Positions 37,491 through 52,737 of a DNA stretch of 64,000 bases are shown in pieces. Positions within the stretch are counted from its first letter, which is position 1. Each line of letters opens with the position of its first letter. Where the stretch lies: NCBI RefSeq assembly GCF_053078305.1, contig NZ_CP166879.1, one strand, 5' to 3'. The notes under the pieces were generated by a model. The model had not been told where the DNA came from. It saw only the letters and a list, made by a program, of their open reading frames with translations, and made no database searches. The position numbers and the translations under genes were made by a program.

Positions 37491-37934
37491 ATGACAGAAC
37501 ATGGCGCGCTGGCGACCCTGAAAGATCTGGCAGAAAAAGAGGTAGAGGATGCCGCGCGCCTGCTGGGTGAAATGCGTCGCGGATGTCAGCAGGCGGAAGA
37601 ACAGCTCAAAATGCTGATCGATTATCAGAATGAATATCGCAATAACCTCAACAGCGATATGAGTGCCGGGATGACCAGCAACCGCTGGATCAACTATCAG
37701 CAGTTTATCCAGACGCTGGAAAAAGCCATTACTCAGCATCGCCAGCAACTTAATCAGTGGACGCAGAAAGTTGACATTGCCCTGAACAGCTGGCGAGAAA
37801 AGAAACAACGTTTGCAGGCCTGGCAGACACTGCAGGAACGGCAATCCACGGCGGCACTGCTTGCAGAAAACCGCCTCGATCAGAAAAAGATGGATGAGTT
37901 CGCCCAGCGCGCCGCCATGAGGAAACCTGAATGA
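37491..37934 (+). CDS. fliJ: flagellar export chaperone
   Basis: 147 aa. Confidence 0.95.
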   Translation: MTEHGALATLKDLAEKEVEDAARLLGEMRRGCQQAEEQLKMLIDYQNEYRNNLNSDMSAGMTSNRWINYQQFIQTLEKAITQHRQQLNQWTQKVDIALNSWREKKQRLQAWQTLQERQSTAALLAENRLDQKKMDEFAQRAAMRKPE

Positions 37935-39058
37935 TTCGCATAGCGCCCTTGATTACCGCTGACGTTGATAACACCACATTGTCTGGCGGCAAAGCCAGCG
38001 ATGCTGCACAAGATTTTCTCGCGTTGTTGAGCGAAGCATTAACAGGCGAGGCAACAACCGACAAAGCGACTCCCCAGTTGCTGGTGGCAACAGATAAGCC
38101 CACGACAAAAGGCGATCCGCTGGTCAGCGATATTGTTTCCGACGCGCAACAAGCGGATTTACTGATCCCTGTGGATGAAACACCGCCTGTCATCAACGAC
38201 GAACAATCCACATCGACACCGTTAACCACCGCTCAGACGATAACGTTGGCTGCGGCGGCTGACAACAATACGGCAAAAGACGAAAAAGCGGATGATCTGA
38301 ATGAAGACGTCACCGCCAGCCTGAGTGCCCTTTTTGCGATGTTGCCGGGTTTTGACAATACGCCCAAAGTGACTGATGCACCGTCAACCGTGTTACCGAC
38401 AGAGAAACCAACGCTTTTCACAAAACTGACTTCTGCGCAACTCACAACAGCACAGCCTGATGACGCCCCCGGCACGCCAGCTCAGCCATTAACACCGCTG
38501 ATAGCAGAAGCCCAGAGTAAAGCGGAAGTCATCAGCACGCCTTCGTCGGTGACCGCTGCCGCCAGCCCGCTAATCACTCCACACCAGACACAGCCACTGC
38601 CCACCGCCGCCGCGCCTGTTTTGAGTGCACCGCTGGGTTCTCACGAATGGCAACAATCATTAAGCCAGCATATTTCGCTGTTTACCCGCCAGGGGCAACA
38701 AAGTGCAGAGTTGCGTCTGCACCCGCAGGATTTAGGTGAAGTGCAAATCTCCCTCAAAGTGGATGATAACCAGGCGCAAATCCAGATGGTTTCACCGCAT
38801 CAACACGTACGCGCCGCCCTGGAAGCAGCGCTGCCGGTACTGCGTACGCAGCTGGCCGAAAGTGGCATTCAGTTAGGGCAAAGCAACATCAGTGGCGAAA
38901 GCTTTAGTGGTCAGCAGCAGGCCGCATCCCAGCAACAGCAAAGTCAACGCACAGCAAACCATGAACCTCTGGCGGGGGAAGACGACGATACGCTTCCGGT
39001 TCCCGTCTCTTTACAAGGGCGTGTAACAGGCAACAGCGGCGTTGATATTTTCGCCTAA
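37931..39058 (+). CDS. fliK: flagellar hook-length control protein
   Basis: 375 aa; Pro/Thr/Ala-rich centre. Confidence 0.95.
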   Translation: MIRIAPLITADVDNTTLSGGKASDAAQDFLALLSEALTGEATTDKATPQLLVATDKPTTKGDPLVSDIVSDAQQADLLIPVDETPPVINDEQSTSTPLTTAQTITLAAAADNNTAKDEKADDLNEDVTASLSALFAMLPGFDNTPKVTDAPSTVLPTEKPTLFTKLTSAQLTTAQPDDAPGTPAQPLTPLIAEAQSKAEVISTPSSVTAAASPLITPHQTQPLPTAAAPVLSAPLGSHEWQQSLSQHISLFTRQGQQSAELRLHPQDLGEVQISLKVDDNQAQIQMVSPHQHVRAALEAALPVLRTQLAESGIQLGQSNISGESFSGQQQAASQQQQSQRTANHEPLAGEDDDTLPVPVSLQGRVTGNSGVDIFA

Positions 39059-39162
39059 CGTCAGAGGTAGCACCGTAATCCGCGTCTTTTCCCCGCTTTG
39101 TTGCGCTCAAGACGCAGGATAATTAGCCGATAAGCAGTAGCGACACAGGAAGACCGCAACAC

Positions 39163-39627
39163 ATGACTGATTACGCGATAAGCAAGAAAAGCAAGCGATC
39201 GCTTTGGATCCCGATTCTGGTATTCATTACCCTCGCGGCCTGTGCCAGCGCAGGTTACAGCTACTGGCATTCGCATCAGGTTGCCGCTGACGACAAAGCG
39301 CAGCAACGCGTCGTGCCCTCACCGGTCTTCTATGCGCTGGATACCTTCACGGTCAATTTGGGCGATGCGGATCGCGTGCTTTATATCGGCATAACCCTGC
39401 GCCTGAAAGATGAAGCTACCCGCTCGCGGCTGAGTGAGTATTTGCCGGAAGTCCGTAGCCGTTTGCTGTTACTGTTTTCGCGTCAGGATGCTGCCGTACT
39501 GGCGACAGAAGAAGGCAAGAAAAACCTGATTGCCGAGATTAAAACCACACTTTCCACCCCGCTTGTTGCCGGGCAACCGAAACAGGATGTCACCGACGTG
39601 CTGTATACCGCTTTTATTCTGCGATAA
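39163..39627 (+). CDS. fliL: flagellar basal body-associated protein
   Basis: 154 aa; single TM helix. Confidence 0.95.
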   Translation: MTDYAISKKSKRSLWIPILVFITLAACASAGYSYWHSHQVAADDKAQQRVVPSPVFYALDTFTVNLGDADRVLYIGITLRLKDEATRSRLSEYLPEVRSRLLLLFSRQDAAVLATEEGKKNLIAEIKTTLSTPLVAGQPKQDVTDVLYTAFILR

Positions 39628-39631
39628 CGAC

Positions 39632-40636
39632 ATGGGCGATAGTATTCTTTCTCAAGCTGAAATTGATGCGCTGTTGAATGGCGACAGCGAAGTCAAAGAC
39701 GAACCGACAGCCAGTGTTAGCGGCGAAAGTGACATTCGTCCGTACGATCCGAATACCCAACGACGGGTTGTGCGCGAACGTTTGCAGGCGCTGGAAATCA
39801 TTAATGAGCGCTTTGCCCGCCATTTTCGTATGGGGCTGTTCAACCTGCTGCGTCGTAGCCCGGATATAACCGTCGGGGCCATCCGCATTCAGCCGTACCA
39901 TGAATTTGCCCGCAACCTGCCGGTGCCGACCAACCTGAACCTTATCCATCTGAAACCGCTGCGCGGCACTGGGCTGGTGGTGTTCTCACCGAGTCTGGTG
40001 TTTATCGCCGTGGATAACCTGTTTGGCGGCGATGGACGCTTCCCGACCAAAGTGGAAGGTCGCGAGTTTACCCATACCGAACAGCGCGTCATCAACCGCA
40101 TGTTGAAACTGGCGCTTGAAGGCTATAGCGACGCATGGAAGGCGATTAATCCGCTGGAAGTTGAGTACGTGCGTTCGGAAATGCAGGTGAAATTTACCAA
40201 TATCACCACCTCGCCGAACGACATTGTGGTTAACACGCCGTTCCATGTGGAGATTGGCAACCTGACCGGCGAATTTAATATCTGCCTGCCATTCAGCATG
40301 ATCGAGCCGCTACGGGAATTGTTGGTTAACCCGCCGCTGGAAAACTCGCGTAATGAAGATCAGAACTGGCGCGATAACCTGGTGCGCCAGGTGCAGCATT
40401 CACAGCTGGAGCTGGTCGCCAACTTTGCCGATATTTCGCTACGCCTGTCGCAGATTTTAAAACTGAACCCCGGCGACGTCCTGCCGATAGAAAAACCCGA
40501 TCGCATCATCGCCCATGTTGACGGCGTCCCGGTGCTGACCAGTCAGTATGGCACCCTCAACGGTCAGTATGCGTTACGGATAGAACATTTGATTAACCCG
40601 ATTTTAAATTCTCTGAACGAGGAACAGCCCAAATGA
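39632..40636 (+). CDS. fliM: flagellar motor switch protein
   Basis: Starts MGDSILSQAEIDALL. Confidence 0.95.
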   Translation: MGDSILSQAEIDALLNGDSEVKDEPTASVSGESDIRPYDPNTQRRVVRERLQALEIINERFARHFRMGLFNLLRRSPDITVGAIRIQPYHEFARNLPVPTNLNLIHLKPLRGTGLVVFSPSLVFIAVDNLFGGDGRFPTKVEGREFTHTEQRVINRMLKLALEGYSDAWKAINPLEVEYVRSEMQVKFTNITTSPNDIVVNTPFHVEIGNLTGEFNICLPFSMIEPLRELLVNPPLENSRNEDQNWRDNLVRQVQHSQLELVANFADISLRLSQILKLNPGDVLPIEKPDRIIAHVDGVPVLTSQYGTLNGQYALRIEHLINPILNSLNEEQPK

Positions 40637-41046
40637 GTGACATGAATAATCCGGCCGATGACAACAACGGCGCAATGGACGATCTGTGGGCTGAAGCGTT
40701 GAGCGAACAAAAATCAACCAGCAGCAAAAGCGCTGCCGACGCGGTGTTCCAGCAATTTGGCGGTGGTGATGTCAGCGGAACGTTGCAGGATATCGACCTG
40801 ATAATGGATATTCCGGTCAAGCTGACCGTCGAGCTGGGCCGTACGCGGATGACCATCAAAGAGCTGTTGCGTCTGACGCAAGGGTCCGTCGTGGCGCTGG
40901 ACGGTCTGGCGGGCGAACCACTGGATATTCTGATCAACGGTTATTTAATCGCCCAGGGCGAAGTGGTGGTCGTTGCCGATAAATATGGCGTGCGGATCAC
41001 CGATATCATTACTCCGTCTGAGCGAATGCGCCGCCTGAGCCGTTAG
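40633..41046 (+). CDS. fliN: flagellar motor switch protein
   Basis: 137 aa. Confidence 0.95.
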   Translation: MSDMNNPADDNNGAMDDLWAEALSEQKSTSSKSAADAVFQQFGGGDVSGTLQDIDLIMDIPVKLTVELGRTRMTIKELLRLTQGSVVALDGLAGEPLDILINGYLIAQGEVVVVADKYGVRITDIITPSERMRRLSR

Positions 41047-41414
41047 TGATGAATAACCACGCTACTGTGCAATCTTCCGCGCCGGTTTCTGCTGCGCCAC
41101 TGCTGCAGGTGAGCGGCGCACTCATCGCCATTATTGCCCTGATCCTCGCTGCTGCCTGGCTGGTAAAACGGTTGGGATTTGCCCCTAAGCGCACAGGCGT
41201 TAACGGTCTGAAAATTAGCGCCAGTGCTTCACTGGGCGCGCGTGAACGGGTTGTGGTGGTCGATGTGGAAGATGCACGGCTGGTGCTCGGCGTTACCGCA
41301 GGTCAAATCAATCTGCTGCATAAACTTCCCCCTTCTGCACCAACGGAAGAGATACCGCAGACCGATTTTCAGTCGGTCATGAAAAATTTGCTTAAGCGTA
41401 GCGGGAGATCCTGA
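41046..41414 (+). CDS. fliO: flagellar biosynthesis protein
   Basis: 122 aa ORF, one TM helix; exact start uncertain. Confidence 0.85.
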   Translation: MMNNHATVQSSAPVSAAPLLQVSGALIAIIALILAAAWLVKRLGFAPKRTGVNGLKISASASLGARERVVVVDVEDARLVLGVTAGQINLLHKLPPSAPTEEIPQTDFQSVMKNLLKRSGRS

Positions 41415-42151
41415 TGCGTCGTTTATTGTCTGTCGCACCTGTCCTTCTCTGGCTGATTACGCCCCTCGCCTTCGCGCAACTGCCGGGTATCACCAGCCAG
41501 CCGCTGCCTGGCGGTGGACAAAGCTGGTCGCTCCCGGTGCAGACGCTGGTGTTCATCACCTCGTTGACGTTTATTCCGGCAATTTTACTGATGATGACCA
41601 GTTTCACCCGCATCATCATTGTTTTTGGTTTATTGCGTAACGCGCTGGGAACGCCCTCCGCGCCACCTAACCAGGTATTGCTGGGGCTGGCACTGTTTTT
41701 GACCTTTTTTATTATGTCGCCAGTGATCGACAAAATTTATGTCGATGCGTACCAGCCATTCAGCGAAGAGAAAATATCAATGCAGGAGGCGCTGGAAAAA
41801 GGGGCGCAGCCGCTGCGTGAGTTTATGCTGCGTCAGACCCGTGAGGCAGATTTAGGGTTGTTTGCCAGACTGGCGAATACCGGCCCGTTGCAGGGACCTG
41901 AAGCCGTGCCGATGCGCATTTTGCTCCCGGCCTACGTGACCAGCGAGTTGAAAACCGCATTTCAGATAGGCTTCACGATTTTCATCCCTTTTTTGATTAT
42001 CGACCTGGTGATTGCCAGCGTGTTGATGGCATTGGGGATGATGATGGTCCCCCCCGCCACCATTGCTCTGCCCTTTAAACTGATGCTGTTTGTACTGGTG
42101 GATGGTTGGCAATTGCTGGTCGGTTCGCTGGCGCAGAGCTTTTACAGCTAG
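41414..42151 (+). CDS. fliP: flagellar export apparatus protein
   Basis: 245 aa. Confidence 0.95.
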   Translation: MRRLLSVAPVLLWLITPLAFAQLPGITSQPLPGGGQSWSLPVQTLVFITSLTFIPAILLMMTSFTRIIIVFGLLRNALGTPSAPPNQVLLGLALFLTFFIMSPVIDKIYVDAYQPFSEEKISMQEALEKGAQPLREFMLRQTREADLGLFARLANTGPLQGPEAVPMRILLPAYVTSELKTAFQIGFTIFIPFLIIDLVIASVLMALGMMMVPPATIALPFKLMLFVLVDGWQLLVGSLAQSFYS

Positions 42152-42160
42152 AGAGGCAAA

Positions 42161-42430
42161 ATGACACCTGAATCGGTCATGATGATGGGGACTGAAGCGA
42201 TGAAAGTCGCGCTGGCACTGGCTGCCCCGCTGTTGCTGGTGGCGCTGGTCACGGGCCTTATCATCAGTATTTTGCAGGCCGCCACGCAGATTAACGAAAT
42301 GACGCTGTCGTTTATTCCAAAAATCATCGCCGTATTTATTGCCATTATTATTGCCGGACCGTGGATGCTCAATCTGTTGCTGGATTACGTCCGCACCTTG
42401 TTCACTAACCTGCCGTATATCATCGGGTAG
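42161..42430 (+). CDS. fliQ: flagellar export apparatus protein
   Basis: 89 aa. Confidence 0.95.
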   Translation: MTPESVMMMGTEAMKVALALAAPLLLVALVTGLIISILQAATQINEMTLSFIPKIIAVFIAIIIAGPWMLNLLLDYVRTLFTNLPYIIG

Positions 42431-42437
42431 CCGTACT

Positions 42438-43223
42438 ATGTTGCAGGTGACAAGCGAACAATGGCTATCCTGGTTAAGCCTGTACTTCTGGCCGTTACTG
42501 CGCGTGCTGGCGCTGATCTCCACCGCGCCGATTCTGAGCGAACGCAGCGTACCGAAACGGGTAAAACTGGGTCTGGCAATGATGATCACGTTCGCCATTG
42601 CCCCATCATTACCTGCCAACAATGTTCCTGTTTTTTCGTTCTTTGCTCTGTGGCTGGCCGTGCAGCAGATCCTGATCGGCATTGCGCTTGGTTTCACCAT
42701 GCAATTTGCCTTTGCCGCTGTGCGAACCGCTGGCGAAATTATCGGTCTGCAAATGGGGCTGTCATTTGCGACATTTGTCGATCCGGCCAGCCATCTTAAT
42801 ATGCCCGTTTTAGCGCGTATCATGGATATGCTGGCGTTACTGCTGTTCCTGACATTTAACGGTCATTTATGGTTGATTTCACTGCTGGTCGATACCTTTC
42901 ACACCCTGCCGATTGGTGGCGAACCGTTGAACAGCAATGCGTTTCTGGCACTCACCAAAGCAGGGAGTTTGATTTTCCTTAACGGGCTGATGCTGGCGTT
43001 ACCTCTCATTACTCTGCTGCTGACCCTGAATCTGGCATTAGGTTTACTGAATCGTATGGCCCCGCAATTATCCATTTTTGTTATTGGATTTCCATTAACT
43101 CTGACTGTCGGCATCTCTTTAATGGCGGCATTAATGCCGTTAATTGCGCCTTTTTGCGAACATTTATTCAGTGAGATTTTTAATTTGCTGGCTGATATTA
43201 TTAGTGAATTGCCATTAATATAA
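42438..43223 (+). CDS. fliR: flagellar export apparatus protein
   Basis: Starts [13 protein letters not shown]. Confidence 0.9.
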   Translation: MLQVTSEQWLSWLSLYFWPLLRVLALISTAPILSERSVPKRVKLGLAMMITFAIAPSLPANNVPVFSFFALWLAVQQILIGIALGFTMQFAFAAVRTAGEIIGLQMGLSFATFVDPASHLNMPVLARIMDMLALLLFLTFNGHLWLISLLVDTFHTLPIGGEPLNSNAFLALTKAGSLIFLNGLMLALPLITLLLTLNLALGLLNRMAPQLSIFVIGFPLTLTVGISLMAALMPLIAPFCEHLFSEIFNLLADIISELPLI

Positions 43224-43512
43224 TTCCGTAACGTTTATCATGTTATCCTAAGGATTATCCGAAAAATAATACCTGCGAACATCTTCCAGGATACTCCTGC
43301 GGCGAAATATTTGTTTTAAGCTCACTCACATATCGCAACATTTACTTTACTTTAAGACAATTCCAGGCAAATTATACAACACTTTACGGGATAGTAAGTC
43401 CGCCTGAAAAATCGCGAGAGTGGCGCATTAGGTGACCCATGTTGTTCCGTTTAGTCATGATGAAATATTCAGGTAAGGGGAATTATCGTTACGCATTGAG
43501 TGAGGGTATGCC

Positions 43513-44136
43513 ATGTCAACGATTATTATGGATTTATGTAGTTACACCCGACTAGGTTTAACCGGGTATCTGTTGAGTAGAGGGGTTAAAAAAAGAGAAA
43601 TCAACGACATTGAAACCGTTGATGACCTTGCCATAGCTTGTGATTCACAGCGCCCTTCAGTGGTGTTTATTAATGAGGACTGTTTCATCCATGATGCTTC
43701 TAACAGTCAGCGCATCAAGCACATCATTAATCAACATCCCAATACGTTATTTATCGTTTTTATGGCAATTGCCAATGTTCATTTTGATGAATATCTATTG
43801 GTCAGAAAAAATTTATTGATAAGTTCTAAATCGATTAAACCGGAATCTCTCGACGATATCCTTGGCGATATTCTGAAAAAAGAGACAACGATAACCTCGT
43901 TTTTAAATATGCCGACGTTATCATTGAGCCGAACCGAATCGAGTATGTTGCGAATGTGGATGGCAGGTCAGGGAACCATTCAAATCTCTGACCAAATGAA
44001 TATCAAAGCCAAGACCGTTTCATCGCATAAAGGTAATATTAAACGTAAGATCAAAACGCATAATAAACAGGTTATCTACCATGTCGTCCGACTGACGGAT
44101 AATGTGACTAATGGTATTTTTGTCAACATGCGCTAA
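43513..44136 (+). CDS. rcsA: capsule synthesis regulator RcsA
   Basis: 207 aa; LuxR-type C-terminal HTH; AT-rich upstream region. Confidence 0.95.
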   Translation: MSTIIMDLCSYTRLGLTGYLLSRGVKKREINDIETVDDLAIACDSQRPSVVFINEDCFIHDASNSQRIKHIINQHPNTLFIVFMAIANVHFDEYLLVRKNLLISSKSIKPESLDDILGDILKKETTITSFLNMPTLSLSRTESSMLRMWMAGQGTIQISDQMNIKAKTVSSHKGNIKRKIKTHNKQVIYHVVRLTDNVTNGIFVNMR

Positions 44137-44141
44137 CACAT

Positions 44142-44168
44142 TCTGACTGGTGGTTTCCCACCAGTCAG
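44142..44168. terminator. bidirectional terminator between rcsA and dsrB
   Basis: Hairpin ctgactggtggtttcccaccagtcag. Confidence 0.6.
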
Positions 44169-44179
44169 GCTGAATAAGA

Positions 44180-44458
<279 letters not shown>

Positions 44459-44530
44459 CTATACTTAAGAGATGCCAGGCGGACTTAACGACTGGCGGCA
44501 ACAACAGAGTAACGGTTGCGAGGAAAGATG

Positions 44531-44758
44531 ATGAAAACCGCAAAAGAGTACAGCGATACCGCAAAACGTGAGGTCAGCGTCGATGTCGATGCCCTGCTGG
44601 CGGCGATCAATGAAATTAGCGAAAGCGAAGTTCATCGCAGCCAGAATGATTCTGAACACGTTAGCGTCGATGGACGTGAATATCATACATGGCGTGAATT
44701 GGCGGATGCCTTCGAACTGGATATTCATGACTTCAGCGTCTCTGAAGTGAATCGTTGA
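44531..44758 (+). CDS. yodD: stress-induced protein YodD
   Basis: Starts MKTAKEYSDTAKRE. Confidence 0.85.
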   Translation: MKTAKEYSDTAKREVSVDVDALLAAINEISESEVHRSQNDSEHVSVDGREYHTWRELADAFELDIHDFSVSEVNR

Positions 44759-44770
44759 ATGCACAATAAA

Positions 44771-44858
44771 AAAATCCCGACCCTGAGGGGGTCGGGATGA
44801 AACTTGCTTAAGCAAGAAGCACTTAAAAAATTCGTTACACCAGGAAATCTGATGTGTT
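44771..44858 (-). ncRNA. dsrA: DsrA small regulatory RNA
   Basis: Reverse complement reads AACACATCAGATTTCCTGGTGTAACGAATTTTTTAAGTGCTTCTTGCTTAAGCAAGTTTCATCCCGACCCCCTCAGGGTCGGGATTT with terminator hairpin. Confidence 0.9.
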
Positions 44859-45038
44859 CATCACCTTATCCGCAATTTTTTTCGCTGACAAGAAAATATT
44901 CGCTATATGAATGATTAACGCTACTTATGAATAGAAATGTGACGCACGTCACCCCTTGGTGGCTCTGGCGTCAGCGGGATCGCTCCCGAAAAAAATCATC
45001 TTTGATAATTTGTGCTGTTTTGAGAATCATCCTGGTAA

Positions 45039-47578
<2,540 letters not shown>

Positions 47579-47639
47579 CCTGCTTTTTTATGATTCTGGC
47601 ATAACCTGGCGATAGCGTACCGCAAAACAGCGATAATTT

Positions 47640-47790
47640 TATAATGGTGGCATGATAAGACGCGACAGACATCGATAGTTTTGTTTTATAACGTAGGCAT
47701 GATAAGACGCGATAGCGTCGCATCAGGCAATTCAGTGCAGACACTGGCACACCCGACCGGATGCGACGTGAGCGCCACATCCGGCCTGGT
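47640..47790. repeat. REP-type extragenic repeats
   Basis: Two direct copies of ggcatgataagacgcga plus gcgtcgcatcaggc and ccggatgcgacg...catccggcc palindromes. Confidence 0.6.
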
Positions 47791-47805
47791 GTTAATGATT
47801 CCCTT

Positions 47806-47988
47806 TCAAACTTCTTCCACAGGACGACTCCCCTCCCCCGGAACAAGCTCGGTTTCATGAAAAGCTTCCCGCTTGACCCCGTAACCGTCATACCAACGAC
47901 ACTCAACCATACCGTTGGAGTATCCAGTGACAATCATCCGCGGGCCGCCCTCTTTAACCGTAACTTCCTCACTAACCATAAAGCTCAT
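47806..47988 (-). CDS. yodC: small protein YodC
   Basis: 60 aa ORF; synteny. Confidence 0.85.
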   Translation of the reverse strand: MSFMVSEEVTVKEGGPRMIVTGYSNGMVECRWYDGYGVKREAFHETELVPGEGSRPVEEV

Positions 47989-48066
47989 ACTCGCCTCCTT
48001 TTTTCGAGTGAAACTTGTTCACCTTAGTTGAAGATGGCGAATTTTGCATAATAGCCTGTGCGAGTA

Positions 48067-48984
48067 TTAATGTGCCTGACCGCGCATTTTCGCTACGGCT
48101 TTCACTCCCAGCACCACGATGCCGCCGATGATAAATCCAAGAATCAGATTTAAAACAGTCGGTAATATCATCGCCACCACTGCACTTTGCTGCCCGGCGA
48201 AATGTTCAATGGCGTGATGCAGCGGCGCAATACCATGTACCACAATCCCGCCGCCGACGAGGAACATCGCCAGCGTGCCGACAATCGATAACGCTTTCAT
48301 CAGCCAGGGCGCGATAATCAATAATCCTTTACCTAATGCCTGCATCAGCGCGCTGGATTTTTCCGCCAGCCAATACCCCAGGTCATCAATCTTAACGATA
48401 ACCCCTACCAGACCGTAGACGCCCACGGTCACTACCAGCGCGATGCCTGAAAGCACCAGCACCTGATTAAGCAACGGCGCTTCGGCCACAATCCCCAGCG
48501 TGATGGCGACGATTTCGGCAGACAATATAAAATCGGTACGAATCGCCCCTTTTATTTTGTCCTTTTCAAACTTCAGCGGATCCTGCGCCGCCAGCTTCTC
48601 CAGACGCTGCTGACTCTGCGCCGGATCTTCTTTATGTTTACGCGCCTCCAGCATATGCAGCACTTTCTCTACCCCTTCAAAGCAGAGAAACGCGCCACCA
48701 ATCATCAACAGAGGCGTAATCGCCCACGGGATAAACGCACTGATGATCAGCGCCAGTGGCACCAGAATCACTTTATTGATCAGCGATCCTTTCGCCACGC
48801 CCCAGACCACGGGAAGTTCCCGGTTTGCCCGCACGCCTGAAACTTGTTGCGCATTGAGCGATAAGTCATCCCCTAATACACCGGCGGTTTTCTTCGCCGC
48901 CAGTTTGCCCATCACGGAGATATCGTCCAGCAGTGTGGCGATATCATCGAGCAACGTCAGTAAACTACTCCCGGCCAAAAGCAT
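48067..48984 (-). CDS. yedI: DUF808 inner membrane protein YedI
   Basis: 305 aa membrane protein. Confidence 0.9.
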   Translation of the reverse strand: MLLAGSSLLTLLDDIATLLDDISVMGKLAAKKTAGVLGDDLSLNAQQVSGVRANRELPVVWGVAKGSLINKVILVPLALIISAFIPWAITPLLMIGGAFLCFEGVEKVLHMLEARKHKEDPAQSQQRLEKLAAQDPLKFEKDKIKGAIRTDFILSAEIVAITLGIVAEAPLLNQVLVLSGIALVVTVGVYGLVGVIVKIDDLGYWLAEKSSALMQALGKGLLIIAPWLMKALSIVGTLAMFLVGGGIVVHGIAPLHHAIEHFAGQQSAVVAMILPTVLNLILGFIIGGIVVLGVKAVAKMRGQAH

Positions 48985-49157
48985 TCCCTCTCATTTTTAT
49001 TGTTGAAGGGTGTAAGTATGAAGCAAAAACGGCAGCTCTGATACTTGCTTCACAGGTCAACATTTTTTTTAACAATCAAGTGCAATTATATCTCTCGCCA
49101 GCAGAATGATTTTCACGTTTACTATGAACCACCTTTTTATTTCCACCGTGAGGGATT

Positions 49158-50078
49158 ATGCGTTTCCGCCAGTTATTACCGCTTTTTGGCGCGCTGTTTG
49201 CGTTGTATATCATTTGGGGCTCAACCTATTTTGTCATTCGGATTGGCGTGGAAAGCTGGCCTCCATTAATGATGGCGGGCGTTCGATTCCTGGCAGCCGG
49301 TATTTTATTGCTGGCATTTTTGCTACTGCGCGGACACAAGCTCCCCCCGCTACGTCCGCTGCTCAATGCCGCGCTGATTGGCCTGTTATTGCTGGCTGTC
49401 GGTAATGGCATGGTGACGGTTGCCGAACATCAAAATGTTCCTTCCGGCATCGCCGCCGTAGTGGTTGCAACCGTGCCCCTCTTTACCCTGTGCTTCAGCC
49501 GCCTGTTTGGCATTAAAACGCGCAAACTGGAATGGGTGGGTATTGCCATTGGGCTTGCCGGAATCATCATGCTCAATAGCGGTGGAAATTTAAGCGGCAA
49601 TCCGTGGGGCGCGATTCTGATTTTAATCGGCTCGATTAGCTGGGCGTTTGGCTCAGTTTATGGCTCGCGCATTACCTTACCTGTAGGGATGATGGCGGGT
49701 GCGATTGAGATGCTGGCGGCAGGCGTGGTGTTAATGATCGCGTCGATGATTGCGGGTGAAAAACTGACGGCGCTCCCTTCCCTTTCAGGCTTCCTTGCGG
49801 TCGGCTATCTGGCGCTGTTTGGTTCGATTATCGCCATTAACGCTTATATGTATTTAATCCGCAACGTCAGTCCGGCTCTCGCCACCAGCTACGCCTACGT
49901 TAACCCGGTGGTCGCGGTCTTGCTGGGTACGGGACTGGGTGGAGAAACACTGTCGAAGATTGAATGGCTGGCGCTCGGCGTAATTGTCTTCGCGGTGGTA
50001 CTGGTCACGTTGGGAAAATATCTCTTTCCGGCAAAACCCGTAGTTGCGCCAGTTATTCAGGACGCATCAAGCGAGTAA
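49158..50078 (+). CDS. yedA: EamA-family transporter YedA
   Basis: 306 aa, ten predicted TM helices. Confidence 0.9.
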   Translation: MRFRQLLPLFGALFALYIIWGSTYFVIRIGVESWPPLMMAGVRFLAAGILLLAFLLLRGHKLPPLRPLLNAALIGLLLLAVGNGMVTVAEHQNVPSGIAAVVVATVPLFTLCFSRLFGIKTRKLEWVGIAIGLAGIIMLNSGGNLSGNPWGAILILIGSISWAFGSVYGSRITLPVGMMAGAIEMLAAGVVLMIASMIAGEKLTALPSLSGFLAVGYLALFGSIIAINAYMYLIRNVSPALATSYAYVNPVVAVLLGTGLGGETLSKIEWLALGVIVFAVVLVTLGKYLFPAKPVVAPVIQDASSE

Positions 50079-50537
50079 ATGTATCCCCTGCGTGTCGATC
50101 TGCGCGCTGGCACCTTCGCCGCAGATCCACTCTTCCAGACGCTCGCTAAGCGCTTCATCCGTCAGCTTCTCGCGCCCACGTAACGCGCACTCCCAGACAA
50201 TCAATACGCGCCAGCCGAGTTCCTGCAAGCGACTGATATCGCGGCGATCGCGCTCAACATTTTTACCTATCTTCTCCAGCCAGAACTCGGTTCGAGTCGC
50301 AGGCACTTTAAACAGATAGCAGTGATGATGATGCCAGAAGCAGCCATGGGTAAATATCACGCAGCGATATTCATCAACGACAAAATCCGGGCGTCCGGGC
50401 AGACTGGAGTCCTGAACGCGAAACGCCAGGCCCTGCCCGGTTAACAGACTGGCGAGGCGCTTCTCAATCGCCGTATCACGCGTGGCAATCGCGCGCATAT
50501 TTTTGCTGCGAGTGGCCTTATCGTGAACGTCGGCCAT
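50067..50537 (-). CDS. vsr: very-short-patch repair endonuclease
   Basis: Starts [17 protein letters not shown]; overlaps dcm 3' end. Confidence 0.95.
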   Translation of the reverse strand: MADVHDKATRSKNMRAIATRDTAIEKRLASLLTGQGLAFRVQDSSLPGRPDFVVDEYRCVIFTHGCFWHHHHCYLFKVPATRTEFWLEKIGKNVERDRRDISRLQELGWRVLIVWECALRGREKLTDEALSERLEEWICGEGASAQIDTQGIHLLA

Positions 50538-51936
50538 GTTGTGCCTCTTGCTGACGCAACGCCACCGCCTGTTTGATTTTTGGCTCAAGCAGTTTTGCCA
50601 CCGCGGCAAAGACCGGCACGACCACCGAGTTACCGAACTGGCGATAGGCCTGAGTGTCCGAAACCGGAATACGGAATTTCGCTTCTCCCGGCGCTTCAAA
50701 ACCCATTAAGCGCGCGCATTCCCGAGGCGTTAACCGACGTGGACGATGTTGCTGATTCAGCGGATCGTCAAAGTCTTTCTCACCCGTGGCCATATCCCAG
50801 CCGCGATCGATTAAAATTTCCGCGCCATCTTTGTAATAACGCGCAGACAGCGTACGGGTGACGCTTTGCGGATTGTTCGGATAAACCATTCCATAACCGA
50901 AGCCGTTACCGCGCGCCTGATGTTTTTTCGCATATCGATAGAGGTACTTCCACAGTACCGGCGTCAGGATATATTTCGCCTCGACCATCGGGTCCAGCAG
51001 CTGCGCCAGCGTCACTCGCTGTGCAGGGAAACATTCGCTGATATCACGCAGAGTAAAATCGGCTTTAAGATTCAGATCGCGACGAAAACCCACCAGCACG
51101 ATGCGTTCACGGTGCTGCGGCAGAAAATGTTTACCATCGATGATTTTCGGATCGTCCGGCCCGTTATCTTCTGCATCAGCCACGTCATAGCCCAGTTCGT
51201 CCAGCGTCTGCATGATGATGCGGAACGTTTTACCCTGGTCGTGGCTTTTCAGGTTTTTGACGTTTTCGAGCACAAACATCGCCGGACGACGCGCGTCGAT
51301 AATGCGCACCACATCAAAGAACAGCGTGCCCTGAGTATCGCAGGCAAAACCGTGCGCCCGCCCGAGCGAGTTCTTTTTCGATACGCCAGCCAGCGAAAAT
51401 GGCTGACAAGGGAAACCGGCCAGTAAAACATCGTGTTCAGGAATGTGTTGACGAATATGTTCCGCCGCCGCCTCATCACTCACGCCTTCTTTATGGCTGA
51501 GGGTGATGTCGCGGATATCTTCATTAAAATGATGCGTCGCCGGATCGCAATAATGGTTGGCTTTATAAGTGCGTACCGCATGTTTGTTCCATTCGCTGGT
51601 AAACACGCACTGTCCGCCAATCGATTCAAAACCGCGACGGATGCCGCCAATTCCGGCAAATAGATCGATAAAGCGAAACGCATAATGCGGATGATGTGCC
51701 GGTGGTTTGGGTAACAACGTTTGCAGATGGGCGAACTCTTTCTCACTTAAACGGTGCCATGCCGAGTCATTCGCCAGCGCACGTTTTAAAATTGCCGCGC
51801 TCCAGTGATTCTCACCCACACCATTAAGCTGCGCCACCAGCGTTTTAACATCATAAATTTGCAGCAGTTTCTCCAGCATTGCCTGTGCGGCATTCCCGGT
51901 GCTGTATGAATCGGTTACTGATATATTTTCCTGCAT
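50518..51936 (-). CDS. dcm: DNA-cytosine methyltransferase
   Basis: 472 aa; C5-MTase motifs FAGIGG and PCQ. Confidence 0.95.
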   Translation of the reverse strand: MQENISVTDSYSTGNAAQAMLEKLLQIYDVKTLVAQLNGVGENHWSAAILKRALANDSAWHRLSEKEFAHLQTLLPKPPAHHPHYAFRFIDLFAGIGGIRRGFESIGGQCVFTSEWNKHAVRTYKANHYCDPATHHFNEDIRDITLSHKEGVSDEAAAEHIRQHIPEHDVLLAGFPCQPFSLAGVSKKNSLGRAHGFACDTQGTLFFDVVRIIDARRPAMFVLENVKNLKSHDQGKTFRIIMQTLDELGYDVADAEDNGPDDPKIIDGKHFLPQHRERIVLVGFRRDLNLKADFTLRDISECFPAQRVTLAQLLDPMVEAKYILTPVLWKYLYRYAKKHQARGNGFGYGMVYPNNPQSVTRTLSARYYKDGAEILIDRGWDMATGEKDFDDPLNQQHRPRRLTPRECARLMGFEAPGEAKFRIPVSDTQAYRQFGNSVVVPVFAAVAKLLEPKIKQAVALRQQEAQHGRRSR

Positions 51937-52002
51937 AGATTTAACCGGCCATCTGGGATGGTCGACAGGTTAACATAATTACTGCCGTTTAGGGCCACGC
52001 GC

Positions 52003-52698
52003 TCAGCCCGCAGGTGAAAACGCATCTATCACCTTGTGATCGACACCTTCATTCTCCCCCGCCAGTTCGGCACTGAGCTTCGCCATAAACTCGACTAAAA
52101 ATTGCGCGTTGTGCTGCGCCAGCTGCTTGCCTCTTATGGTTTGCATGGTTTGCGGTAGCTTCAGCAACTTAGTCTGGAAATGATCCAGCGCGTAACGTTT
52201 ATCATCAAGCGGGCGATACTGTGCGAACGGATCTTCGCCATCAAACAGCGCCACGCCCAATGCCCCTGAAACGGCAAACACGCGCGCCAGGCCAATCGCC
52301 CCCAGGGCTTCCAGCCGATCCGCATCCTGGACGATTTTAGCTTCCGTTGTTAAGGGGGCGATTTGCGCGCTGAAACTGTGAGCGGCAATGGCATGACAAA
52401 CGGCCTCGATTTTCTCCGCCGGAAATTGCTCGAACTCTTCACGGAGCAGGCGACGCGTCTCTTCTGCCGCCAGAATTGAAGAACGCTGCCGTTGCGGATG
52501 ATTTTTCGCCAGGCTCACAATATCGTGAAAATAACAGGCGGTTAAAATCACCAACATATCGACATCGTCATCTGCCGCCAGCTTCTGTGCCGTAGCCCAG
52601 ACGCGGCGAAAATGACACAAGTCATGGGCCGCGTCCTGGTGCTGATGATGGTTTTTCAACCAGTTTTCGAACTGTGCCTGCCAGTGTTGTAAGTCCAT
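52003..52698 (-). CDS. yedJ: HD-domain phosphohydrolase YedJ
   Basis: HD motif; likely start [10 protein letters not shown]. Confidence 0.85.
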   Translation of the reverse strand: MDLQHWQAQFENWLKNHHQHQDAAHDLCHFRRVWATAQKLAADDDVDMLVILTACYFHDIVSLAKNHPQRQRSSILAAEETRRLLREEFEQFPAEKIEAVCHAIAAHSFSAQIAPLTTEAKIVQDADRLEALGAIGLARVFAVSGALGVALFDGEDPFAQYRPLDDKRYALDHFQTKLLKLPQTMQTIRGKQLAQHNAQFLVEFMAKLSAELAGENEGVDHKVIDAFSPAG

Positions 52699-52737
52699 AC
52701 GCGCTCCGTTGCCAAAGAGTCGCCACCTTAGCAATTT

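Noticed and set aside
41852-42823. 323 aa minus-strand ORF spanning fliP, fliQ and fliR
   Set aside because: Antisense to three conserved membrane-protein genes; translation is low-complexity (His/Gln/Arg-rich), typical of an artefact.
50067-51936. vsr-dcm overlapping pair as a candidate novel system
   Set aside because: This is the well-known Dcm methyltransferase / very-short-patch repair module, not new.
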